Shown here: positions 29,396 to 38,024 of the stretch, one piece after another | Position numbering within the stretch: position 1 is the stretch's first letter | How the letters are laid out: every line of letters begins with the position of its first letter | Origin: an uncultured Ignavibacteria bacterium | GTDB lineage: Bacteria > Zixibacteria > MSB-5A5 > SM1-73 | DNA: 64,000 nucleotides | Assembly (NCBI GenBank): GCA_964403165.1 | Contig: CAYOFL010000002.1 | Span: 5,139-69,138 of the forward strand | Direction: 5' to 3' | The notes under the pieces: model-generated | What the model was told of the DNA's origin: nothing | Databases searched by the model: none | Seen by the model: the letters and a program-made list of their open reading frames with translations, nothing else | Made by a program: the position numbers and the translations under genes

Positions 29396-29896
29396 TCACT
29401 CCCCTTCTAAATACTGAAAGGTGAGCTTCACTCTGCCGGTGGAAGCCAAAACGTCTATATCCGCCTGATCATTTCCCTGCTCGTTGCTTATGGTTACATA
29501 TCCGGAAGAACCTGCACTTCCGTCCGGTTTGAAAACAACACTGCCATTGCTGAAAGTATAATAATAAAGGGATACGTCCTGACCCAGGGTTACTGTCTTG
29601 ATCACCGAGTCGCCTGTTTCATAGGTGAATAGATCTGGATTTACTTGATCTTTGAACAGGACGTATCCGTTCTGGCTGTAATCGAAATACAGTCCAAATT
29701 GAGCTCTCTGAGCAATGGCATCGGATCTGGCCAACCGCATGTCGGAAACGATATCCCTGCTCTTGCTTTTGAATTTCAGTCTGGGCAGAACCCCTGCAAA
29801 TTGAGGAGCCGCCATGGTAACAATAACTCCCACCATGACCACAGCGATCATCAACTCCAACAGGGTGATTCCTTTAGAATTTTTCCTATATCTCAT
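29396..29896 (-). CDS. prepilin-type (GspH/FimT-like) minor pilin
   Basis: Leader MRYRKNSKG followed by ITLLELMIAVVMVGVIVTMAAPQF (N-methylation motif). ATG at 29896 follows AAGGAG. Confidence 0.85.
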   Translation of the reverse strand: MRYRKNSKGITLLELMIAVVMVGVIVTMAAPQFAGVLPRLKFKSKSRDIVSDMRLARSDAIAQRAQFGLYFDYSQNGYVLFKDQVNPDLFTYETGDSVIKTVTLGQDVSLYYYTFSNGSVVFKPDGSAGSSGYVTISNEQGNDQADIDVLASTGRVKLTFQYLEGE

Positions 29897-29959
29897 CCTT
29901 TTCTCCTTTAAACTCAATCTTTGTTAGTTTTATGTGCTTTACTCCTTTTGTTTATTTTT

Positions 29960-29975
29960 AGCAAATCTTATGCCA
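29960..29975 (-). promoter_or_regulatory. sigma-54 (-24/-12) promoter
   Basis: The minus strand reads TGGCATAAGATTTGCT (GG-N10-GC; consensus TGGCAC-N5-TTGCW), 65 nt upstream of the pilin-like start. Confidence 0.7.
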
Positions 29976-30154
29976 AACAGGTCTTTTTAAGTATTCCCCA
30001 CCAGAAAACGCAACACACTGAGGTTAAAGGTGTTCGCTTTACCTGTTTTTGTTGTTTTTTTAAAGATCGATCAAAGGTATATTTTGAGTAAATAAAGATA
30101 GAGGCAAATCGACAGACTATGGGAAAATTCCCATAGTGTTTCTCATAAAAACAA

Positions 30155-30182
30155 TTGACAAATTGTGATTTTTGCTTAAATT
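30155..30182 (+). promoter_or_regulatory. Possible sigma-70-type promoter
   Basis: TTGACA, 16 nt, TAAATT, upstream of the S8 protease gene. Confidence 0.3.
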
Positions 30183-30310
30183 AAAAGAGGAGTAGAAAAA
30201 ATATTCACCTGCGGGATTTTCTAAAGATCACGCTTGGTCTTCTCTTGTGGCAGGATTATTAAAGTTTTGCGGCTGTTTTGCTGATACCTATAAATAAAGG
30301 AGCAGTAATC

Positions 30311-32011
30311 ATGTTGTCTTTTTCAGTTTTCAAAAGGTCTGCTTTATTCCTTGTTATCCTTTGCCTGGTTGGTGGAATGAGCACCCGGATAAGTGGTCAG
30401 CCCCCCCAACAGCCTGAATTTATTTTTCCCAAACAGAGTCCGGTCCTCTCACCGAAATTCAAACAACATGTGGCAAAATTGGAACCGCAAGAAAAGGTGA
30501 AAGTGTGGGTTTTCTTCACAGATAAAGGGTTTAAGGATCTGAAAGGTTACAACTCCGCTGTAAGTGTGGCAGAAAGGGCTTTGACTTCAAGAGCCGCCTG
30601 GAGAAGATCCAAAACCATGAAGCGAACTTTGGTGGACTTTCGCGATCTTCCGGTGAACCAGAGTTATATTGACCAGATACTGAATTTTAAGGCTAAGCTC
30701 AGACAAAGAAGCCGGTGGTTGAATGCCGCCAGCTTTGAGATTCCTGTAGGGAAACTGGAAGGAATATCTAAGTTGGGCTTCGTTCGATCCATAAAACCGG
30801 TTCTGGGAGGAAAGAGAAAGCCAATTAGAATAGAAACACCCCCAGAGGAGCCGCTTCAGGGAAAGGGCTTATTCGATCTGAATTACGGTGCCTCTTATTC
30901 TCAGCTTCAGCAGTTGAACATTCCTGCGGTTCACAATCTTGGATATTATGGTCAAGGTGTGATAGTTTGCATGTTGGACACCGGCTATCGAAAAGACCAC
31001 CAGGTTTTTCAGATGGCTTATTCAGAAGGCAGGGTTTTGGCTGAGTGGGATTTTATCAATAACGACGGCAATACACAAAATGAGACTGGCGATCCTTCAG
31101 GACAGCACAATCATGGAACCTACACCTGGTCCACCCTGGGTGGAGCCGCGGATGGGAATCTTTATGGACCGGCATATGGTGCCTATTTCATCCTGGCTAA
31201 GACAGAGGACATCTCCATGGAGGTGCCGATTGAAGAGGACAACTGGGTGGCAGGAATAGAGTGGGCAGACAGCATCGGTGCGGACGTGGTCTCCAGCTCT
31301 TTAGGATATATCGATTGGTACACCTACCCTGATCTGGATGGAAACACCGCGGTAACCACCATCGCCGCAGACGTTGCCGCCCAGAACGGGATCGTGGTCT
31401 GCAATGCCATGGGCAATAGCGGACCTGGAAGCGGAACCTTGATCGCTCCAGCAGATGCAGATAGCATCATCGCCTGTGGAGCTGTATACTCCACTGGAGA
31501 AATTGCCTATTTCAGCTCCCGGGGACCCACTTACGATGGAAGGATCAAACCGGAGATATGTGCCAGGGGAGTTTCCACGCGCTGTGCCGACCCCAATAAT
31601 GTTACCGGATATACCTATGCCAATGGAACCTCACTCTCCACCCCTCTCATTGGGGGTGCGGCGGCGGTGATTCTCTCTGCCCATCTCAACTGGACCCCCA
31701 TGCAGGTGAGGGAAGCCATGACGGAAAGCGGCGACAACTCTTCATCTCCTGATAATACCTATGGCTGGGGTATCCCTGACATTCTAGCCGCCATCCAGTA
31801 CAGCTTCTATCTTACCGGAGATGTGACCGGCGATGAGGAAATCAACCTCGCAGACGTGGTCTATCTTATAAATTATCTTTACAAAGGTGGACCTCCTTCC
31901 TATCCCTTATTCCTGGGTGACGTAAATTGCGATAGTGGAGTCGATGTTGCCGATGTGATATATTTAATAAACTACCTGTACCTGAACGGACCTGAGCCCT
32001 GTTCTCACTAA
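30311..32011 (+). CDS. secreted subtilisin-like serine protease (S8) with a C-terminal double dockerin-like module
   Basis: Catalytic triad context (MLDTGY, HNHGTY, NGTSLSTP), a signal peptide, and a C-terminus with two GDVN.D..V...DVVYLINYLYKGGP repeats. ATG at 30311 follows AAGGAG. Confidence 0.92.
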   Translation: MLSFSVFKRSALFLVILCLVGGMSTRISGQPPQQPEFIFPKQSPVLSPKFKQHVAKLEPQEKVKVWVFFTDKGFKDLKGYNSAVSVAERALTSRAAWRRSKTMKRTLVDFRDLPVNQSYIDQILNFKAKLRQRSRWLNAASFEIPVGKLEGISKLGFVRSIKPVLGGKRKPIRIETPPEEPLQGKGLFDLNYGASYSQLQQLNIPAVHNLGYYGQGVIVCMLDTGYRKDHQVFQMAYSEGRVLAEWDFINNDGNTQNETGDPSGQHNHGTYTWSTLGGAADGNLYGPAYGAYFILAKTEDISMEVPIEEDNWVAGIEWADSIGADVVSSSLGYIDWYTYPDLDGNTAVTTIAADVAAQNGIVVCNAMGNSGPGSGTLIAPADADSIIACGAVYSTGEIAYFSSRGPTYDGRIKPEICARGVSTRCADPNNVTGYTYANGTSLSTPLIGGAAAVILSAHLNWTPMQVREAMTESGDNSSSPDNTYGWGIPDILAAIQYSFYLTGDVTGDEEINLADVVYLINYLYKGGPPSYPLFLGDVNCDSGVDVADVIYLINYLYLNGPEPCSH

Positions 32012-32020
32012 TATAGATTG

Positions 32021-32048
32021 CCAGAACCTAACTTAAGTTAGGTTCTGG
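32021..32048. repeat. 28-bp perfect palindrome (family copy 1)
   Basis: ccagaacctaacttaagttaggttctgg. Confidence 0.95.
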
Positions 32049-32097
32049 CAACTCCAAAGTTGGCAAACTAAGAATAATGCCCGAATGTAATCCGTTT

Positions 32098-32198
32098 GAG
32101 TAAGAAAAGGAGTGCGCCCCGTCTTTGGCGGGGCGCTGCGGAAGCTTCGCTTCCGCACTCCAAAGCGAATTTGTCAAATTAAATAGTTGGTGACCATA
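32098..32198. repeat. Branched GC-hairpin element, copy 2 of 2
   Basis: Collinear with 18863-18990 but without the 24-nt inner hairpin. Confidence 0.85.
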
Positions 32199-32232
32199 AG
32201 TTAGGTTCTGGCAACTCCAAAGTTGGCAAACC
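32197..32232. repeat. Half-palindrome plus tail, a direct repeat of 32034-32068
   Basis: taagttaggttctggcaactccaaagttggcaaac is repeated exactly. The next ~30 nt are also about 70% identical. Confidence 0.85.
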
Positions 32233-32692
32233 AAGATTAACACCCGTATACAATTCGTTTGTTATGCCCCTGTCGGGTCGTTTGACCAGATAGGAGTGTG
32301 AGTTTAGGGTCCCCTTCAGATGAATCCTTTAGGTAAACTCTCACCCTAACTAATGCTCCAGCAACCAACAAAATATAACTTTTTTTGCGCTCCGGCTGGA
32401 TATTAACCCAGACGCCCGCCTATACGGGTGGGGACGGGCGTCCGTCCAAAGAATCCAAAGGACAATCCGTTTAAGAGCAATCAATAATGCATTTTGTTGA
32501 GACCCAAATCAAAAAACTTACCAAAGCTCTGTTGATGAGGCATTAGGAACGTTGCGGTATAGGACATATCGCAACCACTACGATTGATTTCTCCTCCTTT
32601 CTCCTTATATCTGTCCAATTGATTAGACATTTCAAGGGATAGATAAATTGAGCACTTATTCCTTGCAATTTTGTGCATACGTTAAAAAAACC

Positions 32693-32721
32693 TTGACAAG
32701 AGACAAAAGGGAAGATAAATT
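32693..32721 (+). promoter_or_regulatory. Possible sigma-70-type promoter with a long leader
   Basis: TTGACA, 17 nt, TAAATT, about 390 nt upstream of the beta-helix protein gene. Confidence 0.3.
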
Positions 32722-33114
32722 TGAGGGCAAAGGTTCTTTTTACTCAATTGAAGTTATCATTGATCATTCAAATTTGGGTCTCCCTTTCTAAATAGAAAGG
32801 AAATCAAAAAAAATGTGACTTTCCAGCTACAGGCGTCATTCCTTTTTTTGGGTATCCGTATTTAGGGAGCCTTGTGGAAAACTAATAGTTAAGGGCTGTA
32901 ATTTCTTGGGGCGATCAAATTCTTATTTTGCAGTCAACCTGCGATCACATTGGTAGGCAATAAGATAGCTGTAAAACTTAAACCTTTACGTGTCCCGGAG
33001 ATAATCTAAGGGCAAAATCAAAAGTTTAACACTTTAGATAATTGGAGTAAGAGGTATTCAGGAAACCATTAACCTCATGTTAACCTGAATTGCTTTACTT
33101 GAATGGAGGTAGCC

Positions 33115-35409
33115 ATGCGGTTAAAAATCAAAAGATTGTTAAGAGGTGGGGAGTATCTTGTCTTTTTTGAGAACGTGGACTTCAACCCGGAGGAGACAAA
33201 AAAGATAAAGAAGTTAGGAATGCCCTTTGTCGATTTCAGTGCAGATGGTCTGGGGATACACAGGCTGAATGGGATAGATATCTCCATCACGTGCCGAAGC
33301 GCAGAAGAGGCAGAAAAGAAAACAAATAACATCAAGCAGAGCATCAAAGACAAATTAGCCCAGCTTTCGGTCCCAGCGGACAACTTCACCGGCAAGGAGG
33401 TGGTAAAGACTTCCAATAAGGGGAGAATGTTGGTTTGGGGTTTAGCTTGTGCTTTTGCGCTTCTGCTGTTATCTGCCTACAAAGGAGGAATCTCATCGCA
33501 ACAAATCGCTAACCGGGAGAAACAGCTTCTTGCCTCAGCCCGCGCAAACGCTCAAGAGGAAACCATCAGCGACGTAAACAGCGTGGCTTTTTACGAGGAA
33601 GACCAAGCTCTCCAGCATGATCTGAGCGCAAACTCAGAAAAGGACAAAAGCGAATCTGGCCAGACATTTGTCTATACTAAAGGTTCGCCAGGGAAAACAG
33701 ACTTTGGTTCCATGCCGTTGGTTAAGCCAGATTTCATCCTAAACGTCATTCCTGAAACTCTGGTGAGGTATTCGGATTGGGAATCCGGTATGGCAAGCTC
33801 GGAAGATAAGGCAAATTCTAACCACTTTAAGTTGGTCTTAACTCCTGTGGGGGGATTTGAGGGGCCAGTTACTCTTGGCGTTTCAGGTTCCTCTCCCCTG
33901 CTCAAAAAACGTCTGTATCCAACGCGAATCGAAAAACTTCCGAGCAGTTCAACTTTACTGATTTCCGTTTCGCCCAAATGTCTTCCTCAGATTTATCCCG
34001 ACATAACTATCGTTGCCAGAGGGAGAACTCCCCAAGGGAATCTTATTACCCACGAGAAAAAATTGGCGTTGGCCATTCGACAAAGGTCGTCTTACCGGGG
34101 TCCGGTTTGGCACGTCTCAACCAATGGAAGTGATCTGTCCGGTGACGGGGGATGGGGATCGCCCTTCCGAACCATCCAGAGGGGAATAAATTGTGCCATA
34201 GCCGGGGACACCGTGCTGGTGGAAAGAGGGCTGTATCAGGAGAATATAAATCTGATAAATAAAGACAGGATAGTGGTGGCAAGTAATTTCATATTTGACC
34301 AGGAAGAATCAACCATAAAATCCACCATCATTGAAGCCAAAAAGCCGGGTTGGGTGATAACTATCGGTCGAAGTGATCAGGTCACAATGCGTGGCTTCAC
34401 TATTCAGAAGGGTAGGGGTGATAATGGTTCCTGTGGAGGAGGGATATATTGTTATAACTCCAGTCTCAACATTCTTGACAACATTATAACCAAAAATGAA
34501 AATCAAGCCGGTTACGGGGCAGGCATATACTGTTACGATTCGGAAATCAAAATTCTGCGCAATCGTATAACACAGAATTACAATTACGACGGTCATGGAG
34601 CAGGCATATATTGCTTTAAATCCAACCCTGACATTCAACACAACGTTATCAGCACAAATTACGCAAGTGGCGGTGGCTCGGGGATCCATCTTTTGGAGCC
34701 CAAGTCAGTTAAAATAATTCGCAACTTGGTTTACGGCGATTCGGGATCTTCGGCCATTCTTTTGTATGACGCTGGTGCGGGTGGGGACTTCCAGGTAGTC
34801 AACAATACCATCAGCCACAACCAGGCAGATGCTATCAGATACTTTGGTGGTCCCTGGTTTTTCAAAAATAACATAATTACCCACAATGAGGGTTATGGTC
34901 TGTTCACTCTTGAGGGAACTACTCATTTAGCTCATAATAATGTCTGGGGTAACGTCTGCAGAAACGATACCGTGAATTATTACGGGGTGCCAGAAAATCC
35001 GGTTAGGAACAACGGTAACATCTCGGAGGACCCATGCTTTGGAAACCTGGTACATGGAAATTTTCATCTCAGCTTTAATTCGCCCTGCATAAACTCAGGA
35101 GACCCAGAGGATCCTGTTCTCCCTAAAGGAGGCCTTCGCATCGACATGGGAGCTATCGAGTATATCTACCCAGACATGATTTGCGGAGACATGAACAGAG
35201 ATGGATTTATCGATTACGGAGATATAGATTATCTTCTCAATTTCCTGTTCCGAGATGGCTTGCCACCTGACCCCTTCCGAATTGGTGACGTCAACTGCGA
35301 TGGCGAAATAAACAAGCGCGACCTCAGTTATCTCTATAGGTATCTATATTACTATGGACCGGAGCCCTGCGCAAACCGCAAACCGAAAGATCGCTTGACT
35401 GAAAAATAA
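33115..35409 (+). CDS. membrane-anchored right-handed beta-helix (PbH1) repeat protein with a dockerin-like C-terminus
   Basis: About 100-aa N-terminal soluble region, a TM (MLVWGLACAFALLLLSAY), parallel beta-helix repeats (GGGIYCY.., GAGIYCY.., GAGIYCF..), and a C-terminal double dockerin-like module. ATG at 33115 follows GGAGG. Confidence 0.85.
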   Translation: MRLKIKRLLRGGEYLVFFENVDFNPEETKKIKKLGMPFVDFSADGLGIHRLNGIDISITCRSAEEAEKKTNNIKQSIKDKLAQLSVPADNFTGKEVVKTSNKGRMLVWGLACAFALLLLSAYKGGISSQQIANREKQLLASARANAQEETISDVNSVAFYEEDQALQHDLSANSEKDKSESGQTFVYTKGSPGKTDFGSMPLVKPDFILNVIPETLVRYSDWESGMASSEDKANSNHFKLVLTPVGGFEGPVTLGVSGSSPLLKKRLYPTRIEKLPSSSTLLISVSPKCLPQIYPDITIVARGRTPQGNLITHEKKLALAIRQRSSYRGPVWHVSTNGSDLSGDGGWGSPFRTIQRGINCAIAGDTVLVERGLYQENINLINKDRIVVASNFIFDQEESTIKSTIIEAKKPGWVITIGRSDQVTMRGFTIQKGRGDNGSCGGGIYCYNSSLNILDNIITKNENQAGYGAGIYCYDSEIKILRNRITQNYNYDGHGAGIYCFKSNPDIQHNVISTNYASGGGSGIHLLEPKSVKIIRNLVYGDSGSSAILLYDAGAGGDFQVVNNTISHNQADAIRYFGGPWFFKNNIITHNEGYGLFTLEGTTHLAHNNVWGNVCRNDTVNYYGVPENPVRNNGNISEDPCFGNLVHGNFHLSFNSPCINSGDPEDPVLPKGGLRIDMGAIEYIYPDMICGDMNRDGFIDYGDIDYLLNFLFRDGLPPDPFRIGDVNCDGEINKRDLSYLYRYLYYYGPEPCANRKPKDRLTEK

Positions 35410-35410
35410 A

Positions 35411-35442
35411 AAAAGCCGCCCCTTGTGGGGCGGTTTTTTTTA
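35411..35442. terminator. Rho-independent (bidirectional) terminator
   Basis: aaaaaa-gccgcccc-ttgt-ggggcggt-tttttttt. Confidence 0.85.
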
Positions 35443-35520
35443 TTAAAGCTTAAGCTAATTGCGGGCAAATCATCTTGCAAAAGAGTAAACGTTTGTTTCC
35501 TTTAAACGCAACAAAAAAAT

Positions 35521-36882
35521 TTAAGTTTCGATGTGGTATTTTTTTATCTTTTCGAACAATGTGGTATAATCGATCTTTAACGCGCAAGACGCTTTTCGTT
35601 TATTGCCTCGAACCTGACTGAGTACCCGAATAATTAAAGCTCTTTCTGCCTCTGCTTGAGCATACTGCCCTACATCTTTCAACCCCGATCCTTCCCGCAA
35701 TCTAATCTCGTTGGGTGTGGGAATCCTTATTGCCAGATGCTGGGGCAAAATCTTTTTCCCCTCACACAGAATAATAGCTCTCTCTATGGTATTCTCCAGC
35801 TCCCTGACGTTGCCGGGCCAATGGTATTTGTCCAAAAGAGCTATCACCTCTTTGGAGATGCTCTTCTTTTGCTTTTTCATCTCGGCACAGTACTTTTTCA
35901 CAAAATAGCCGGCTAAATCCGGTATGTCCTCCCTTCTTTCTCTTAAAGGCGGAATGGTTATGGGAAAGACCGACAATCTATAAAACAGATCTTCCCGAAA
36001 TTGTCTTTTCTCAGTTGCTTTTTTCAAGTCCGCATTGGAGGCGGCGATCACTCTCACATCCACCGTTATGGTCTTTGTTCCTCCCAGCCGCTCAAAGGTT
36101 TTGTCTTGAAGAACCCGAAGAAGTTTCGCCTGAAGGGCAATATCTAAGTCTCCTACTTCATCTAAGAAGATGGTTCCTCCTTGTGCTATCTCGAATTTTC
36201 CCATCTTGCGAGCTACTGCTCCAGTAAATGCTCCTCTTTCCGATCCGAAAAGTTCATTTTCCAAAAGCTCTCTGGGTATGGCGGCACAATTGATAGCCAC
36301 ATAAGGACCCTTTCTTCTTTGGCTCAGGCCGTGGATAGCCCGGGCGAAAAGCTCCTTCCCCGTTCCAGATTCACCTAAAAGCAACACCGCGGTATCAGAA
36401 GGAGCCACCTTTTGAATCAGTCGGGAAACATCTTGCATTTTTTCGCACTTTCCAATGATCTCTGTATATCTTAAGTTGTGACCCAACTCCTCTCTTAAAA
36501 GGACGTTTTCCGCCACCAACCTGCGGTTCTCCAATGCTCTTTTGATTAGGATGCTTAGATGATCCGTATCAAAAGGCTTGGTAAGAAAATCAAAAGCTCC
36601 CCCCCGCATAGCTTCAACCGCTTTCTCGATGGTGCCATATGCTGTCATCAGGATAACTGCCACGTCGTGATCCAGCTCCTTCAATGAGGATAACACCTCA
36701 ATTCCATCCATCTTGGGGAGTTTTAAATCTGTCAGCACCACATCATATTTCTTTCCTCTGGCTCTCTCCACTCCACCTTCACCATCCCTGACAGTTTCCA
36801 CCTCATAACCTTCCGTCTCCAGAGTCTTGGAAAGCATCTCTCTCATGCTATCTTTATCTTCAATTACTAAAATTGAAGGCAT
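35521..36882 (-). CDS. sigma-54-dependent response regulator (NtrC family)
   Basis: REC domain (ILVIEDKD, VVLTDLKLP), AAA+ domain (GESGTGKE, GAFTGA, FLDEVGD), and a C-terminal Fis-type HTH. Confidence 0.93.
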   Translation of the reverse strand: MPSILVIEDKDSMREMLSKTLETEGYEVETVRDGEGGVERARGKKYDVVLTDLKLPKMDGIEVLSSLKELDHDVAVILMTAYGTIEKAVEAMRGGAFDFLTKPFDTDHLSILIKRALENRRLVAENVLLREELGHNLRYTEIIGKCEKMQDVSRLIQKVAPSDTAVLLLGESGTGKELFARAIHGLSQRRKGPYVAINCAAIPRELLENELFGSERGAFTGAVARKMGKFEIAQGGTIFLDEVGDLDIALQAKLLRVLQDKTFERLGGTKTITVDVRVIAASNADLKKATEKRQFREDLFYRLSVFPITIPPLRERREDIPDLAGYFVKKYCAEMKKQKKSISKEVIALLDKYHWPGNVRELENTIERAIILCEGKKILPQHLAIRIPTPNEIRLREGSGLKDVGQYAQAEAERALIIRVLSQVRGNKRKASCALKIDYTTLFEKIKKYHIET

Positions 36883-37255
36883 GCCCCCTCCTTGTTGTCA
36901 AAAGAATTCCACCCCAAAGAAAAAAATCATGTTACTTTCAGAATAATCGACACAAGTTGTCATCTCTTTTGATTAGGAAGAAAAATTGTATGAAAAATGG
37001 GCAAGGACTCAAAGGGGTGCAGAGGGACTTTAATACCTTTTGGAGACCTCACCCTCTTGTTCCCTTCAGGGTGAATCCTTTCCTTCGACCCTGAGGTCTC
37101 AGGACCGAAGGGCAGGGTGAACCCCCTCTCCATTTTATGGAGAGGGGGATAGGGGGAGAGGTAATCAGACAAAATTTTGTATGCCGGGGAAATAGGAGTT
37201 ACTAAAGCTAATCAACATCGGCCTTTCTTACTGCCGACGCATCAAAGAGAACATT

Positions 37256-37882
37256 CTACGGCTCACAATTTCGACAAGGACTGTAGCAGGAATCCAAAGC
37301 CTCCTCTCTGGTCTTGAACACGATTTTATTTCTCTCTGCCATCTGTAAAGCGTATTTGCAATCAGGCCGGTGAAATCGTAAGGAACGCTTATTGCCCAGA
37401 TAATATTCCTCTTTTTCAGATACCGGAACTGACCATATCCCGATTTTTTGTCCTCGTGCTTGCTTTTGTAACAGGCAAAAGGTGTCGATATAGGTCAGAT
37501 TTGAACGAAACGGATACAGTCGAGCTAAGCCCTTTTTGATCAACTCCGCATTGACCAAAAGACTGTCCATCCAAACATACGCTAAAATCCTGGAATACTT
37601 ATCTCTGATCTCCTGGTCATATTCTAAGGATATTCTCTTTCCCTCCACCATTTTTCGGTTGACTTCTTTTGCCTCCTCAAAATAAGGTTGGGATTTTTCT
37701 GGGGCATCTATCCCAATATATCTTACCGTTTCCCCATTCTTCAACAGTATGGAATCACCATCGATAACTTCTTTTACTTGCCAGCCCTCATGACGAGGAA
37801 AGAAAATGAAAACTAACGATACTACGGCTAACACAAAAATTATGTAGAGAATCCATCTTGACTTAAAAAAACTTATTCTCAT
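37256..37882 (-). CDS. staphylococcal-nuclease-like (SNase) protein with a C-terminal Ada-type Zn motif
   Basis: N-terminal TM, DGDSILLKNGETVRYIGIDAPE (thermonuclease motif), and C-terminal FHRPDCKY...YSPCRNC. Confidence 0.8.
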   Translation of the reverse strand: MRISFFKSRWILYIIFVLAVVSLVFIFFPRHEGWQVKEVIDGDSILLKNGETVRYIGIDAPEKSQPYFEEAKEVNRKMVEGKRISLEYDQEIRDKYSRILAYVWMDSLLVNAELIKKGLARLYPFRSNLTYIDTFCLLQKQARGQKIGIWSVPVSEKEEYYLGNKRSLRFHRPDCKYALQMAERNKIVFKTREEALDSCYSPCRNCEP

Positions 37883-37968
37883 GTCAAACCATCTGTCTTA
37901 TGGATTTTGAATTATCCTTATTCCAGATGACAGTATCCAGACCCCAGACAGCAGGCTTCAGACGTCTG

Positions 37969-38024
37969 AGGTCTGCTTACTGGTATCTGCTTACCGGAGT
38001 CTGCTTACTGGAGTCTGCTTTCAC
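37969..38024. repeat. 14-nt (2 x 7) tandem repeat, 4 units
   Basis: Four (g)Rgtctgcttacyg-like units. The last unit overlaps the sbcC stop codon. Confidence 0.8.
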
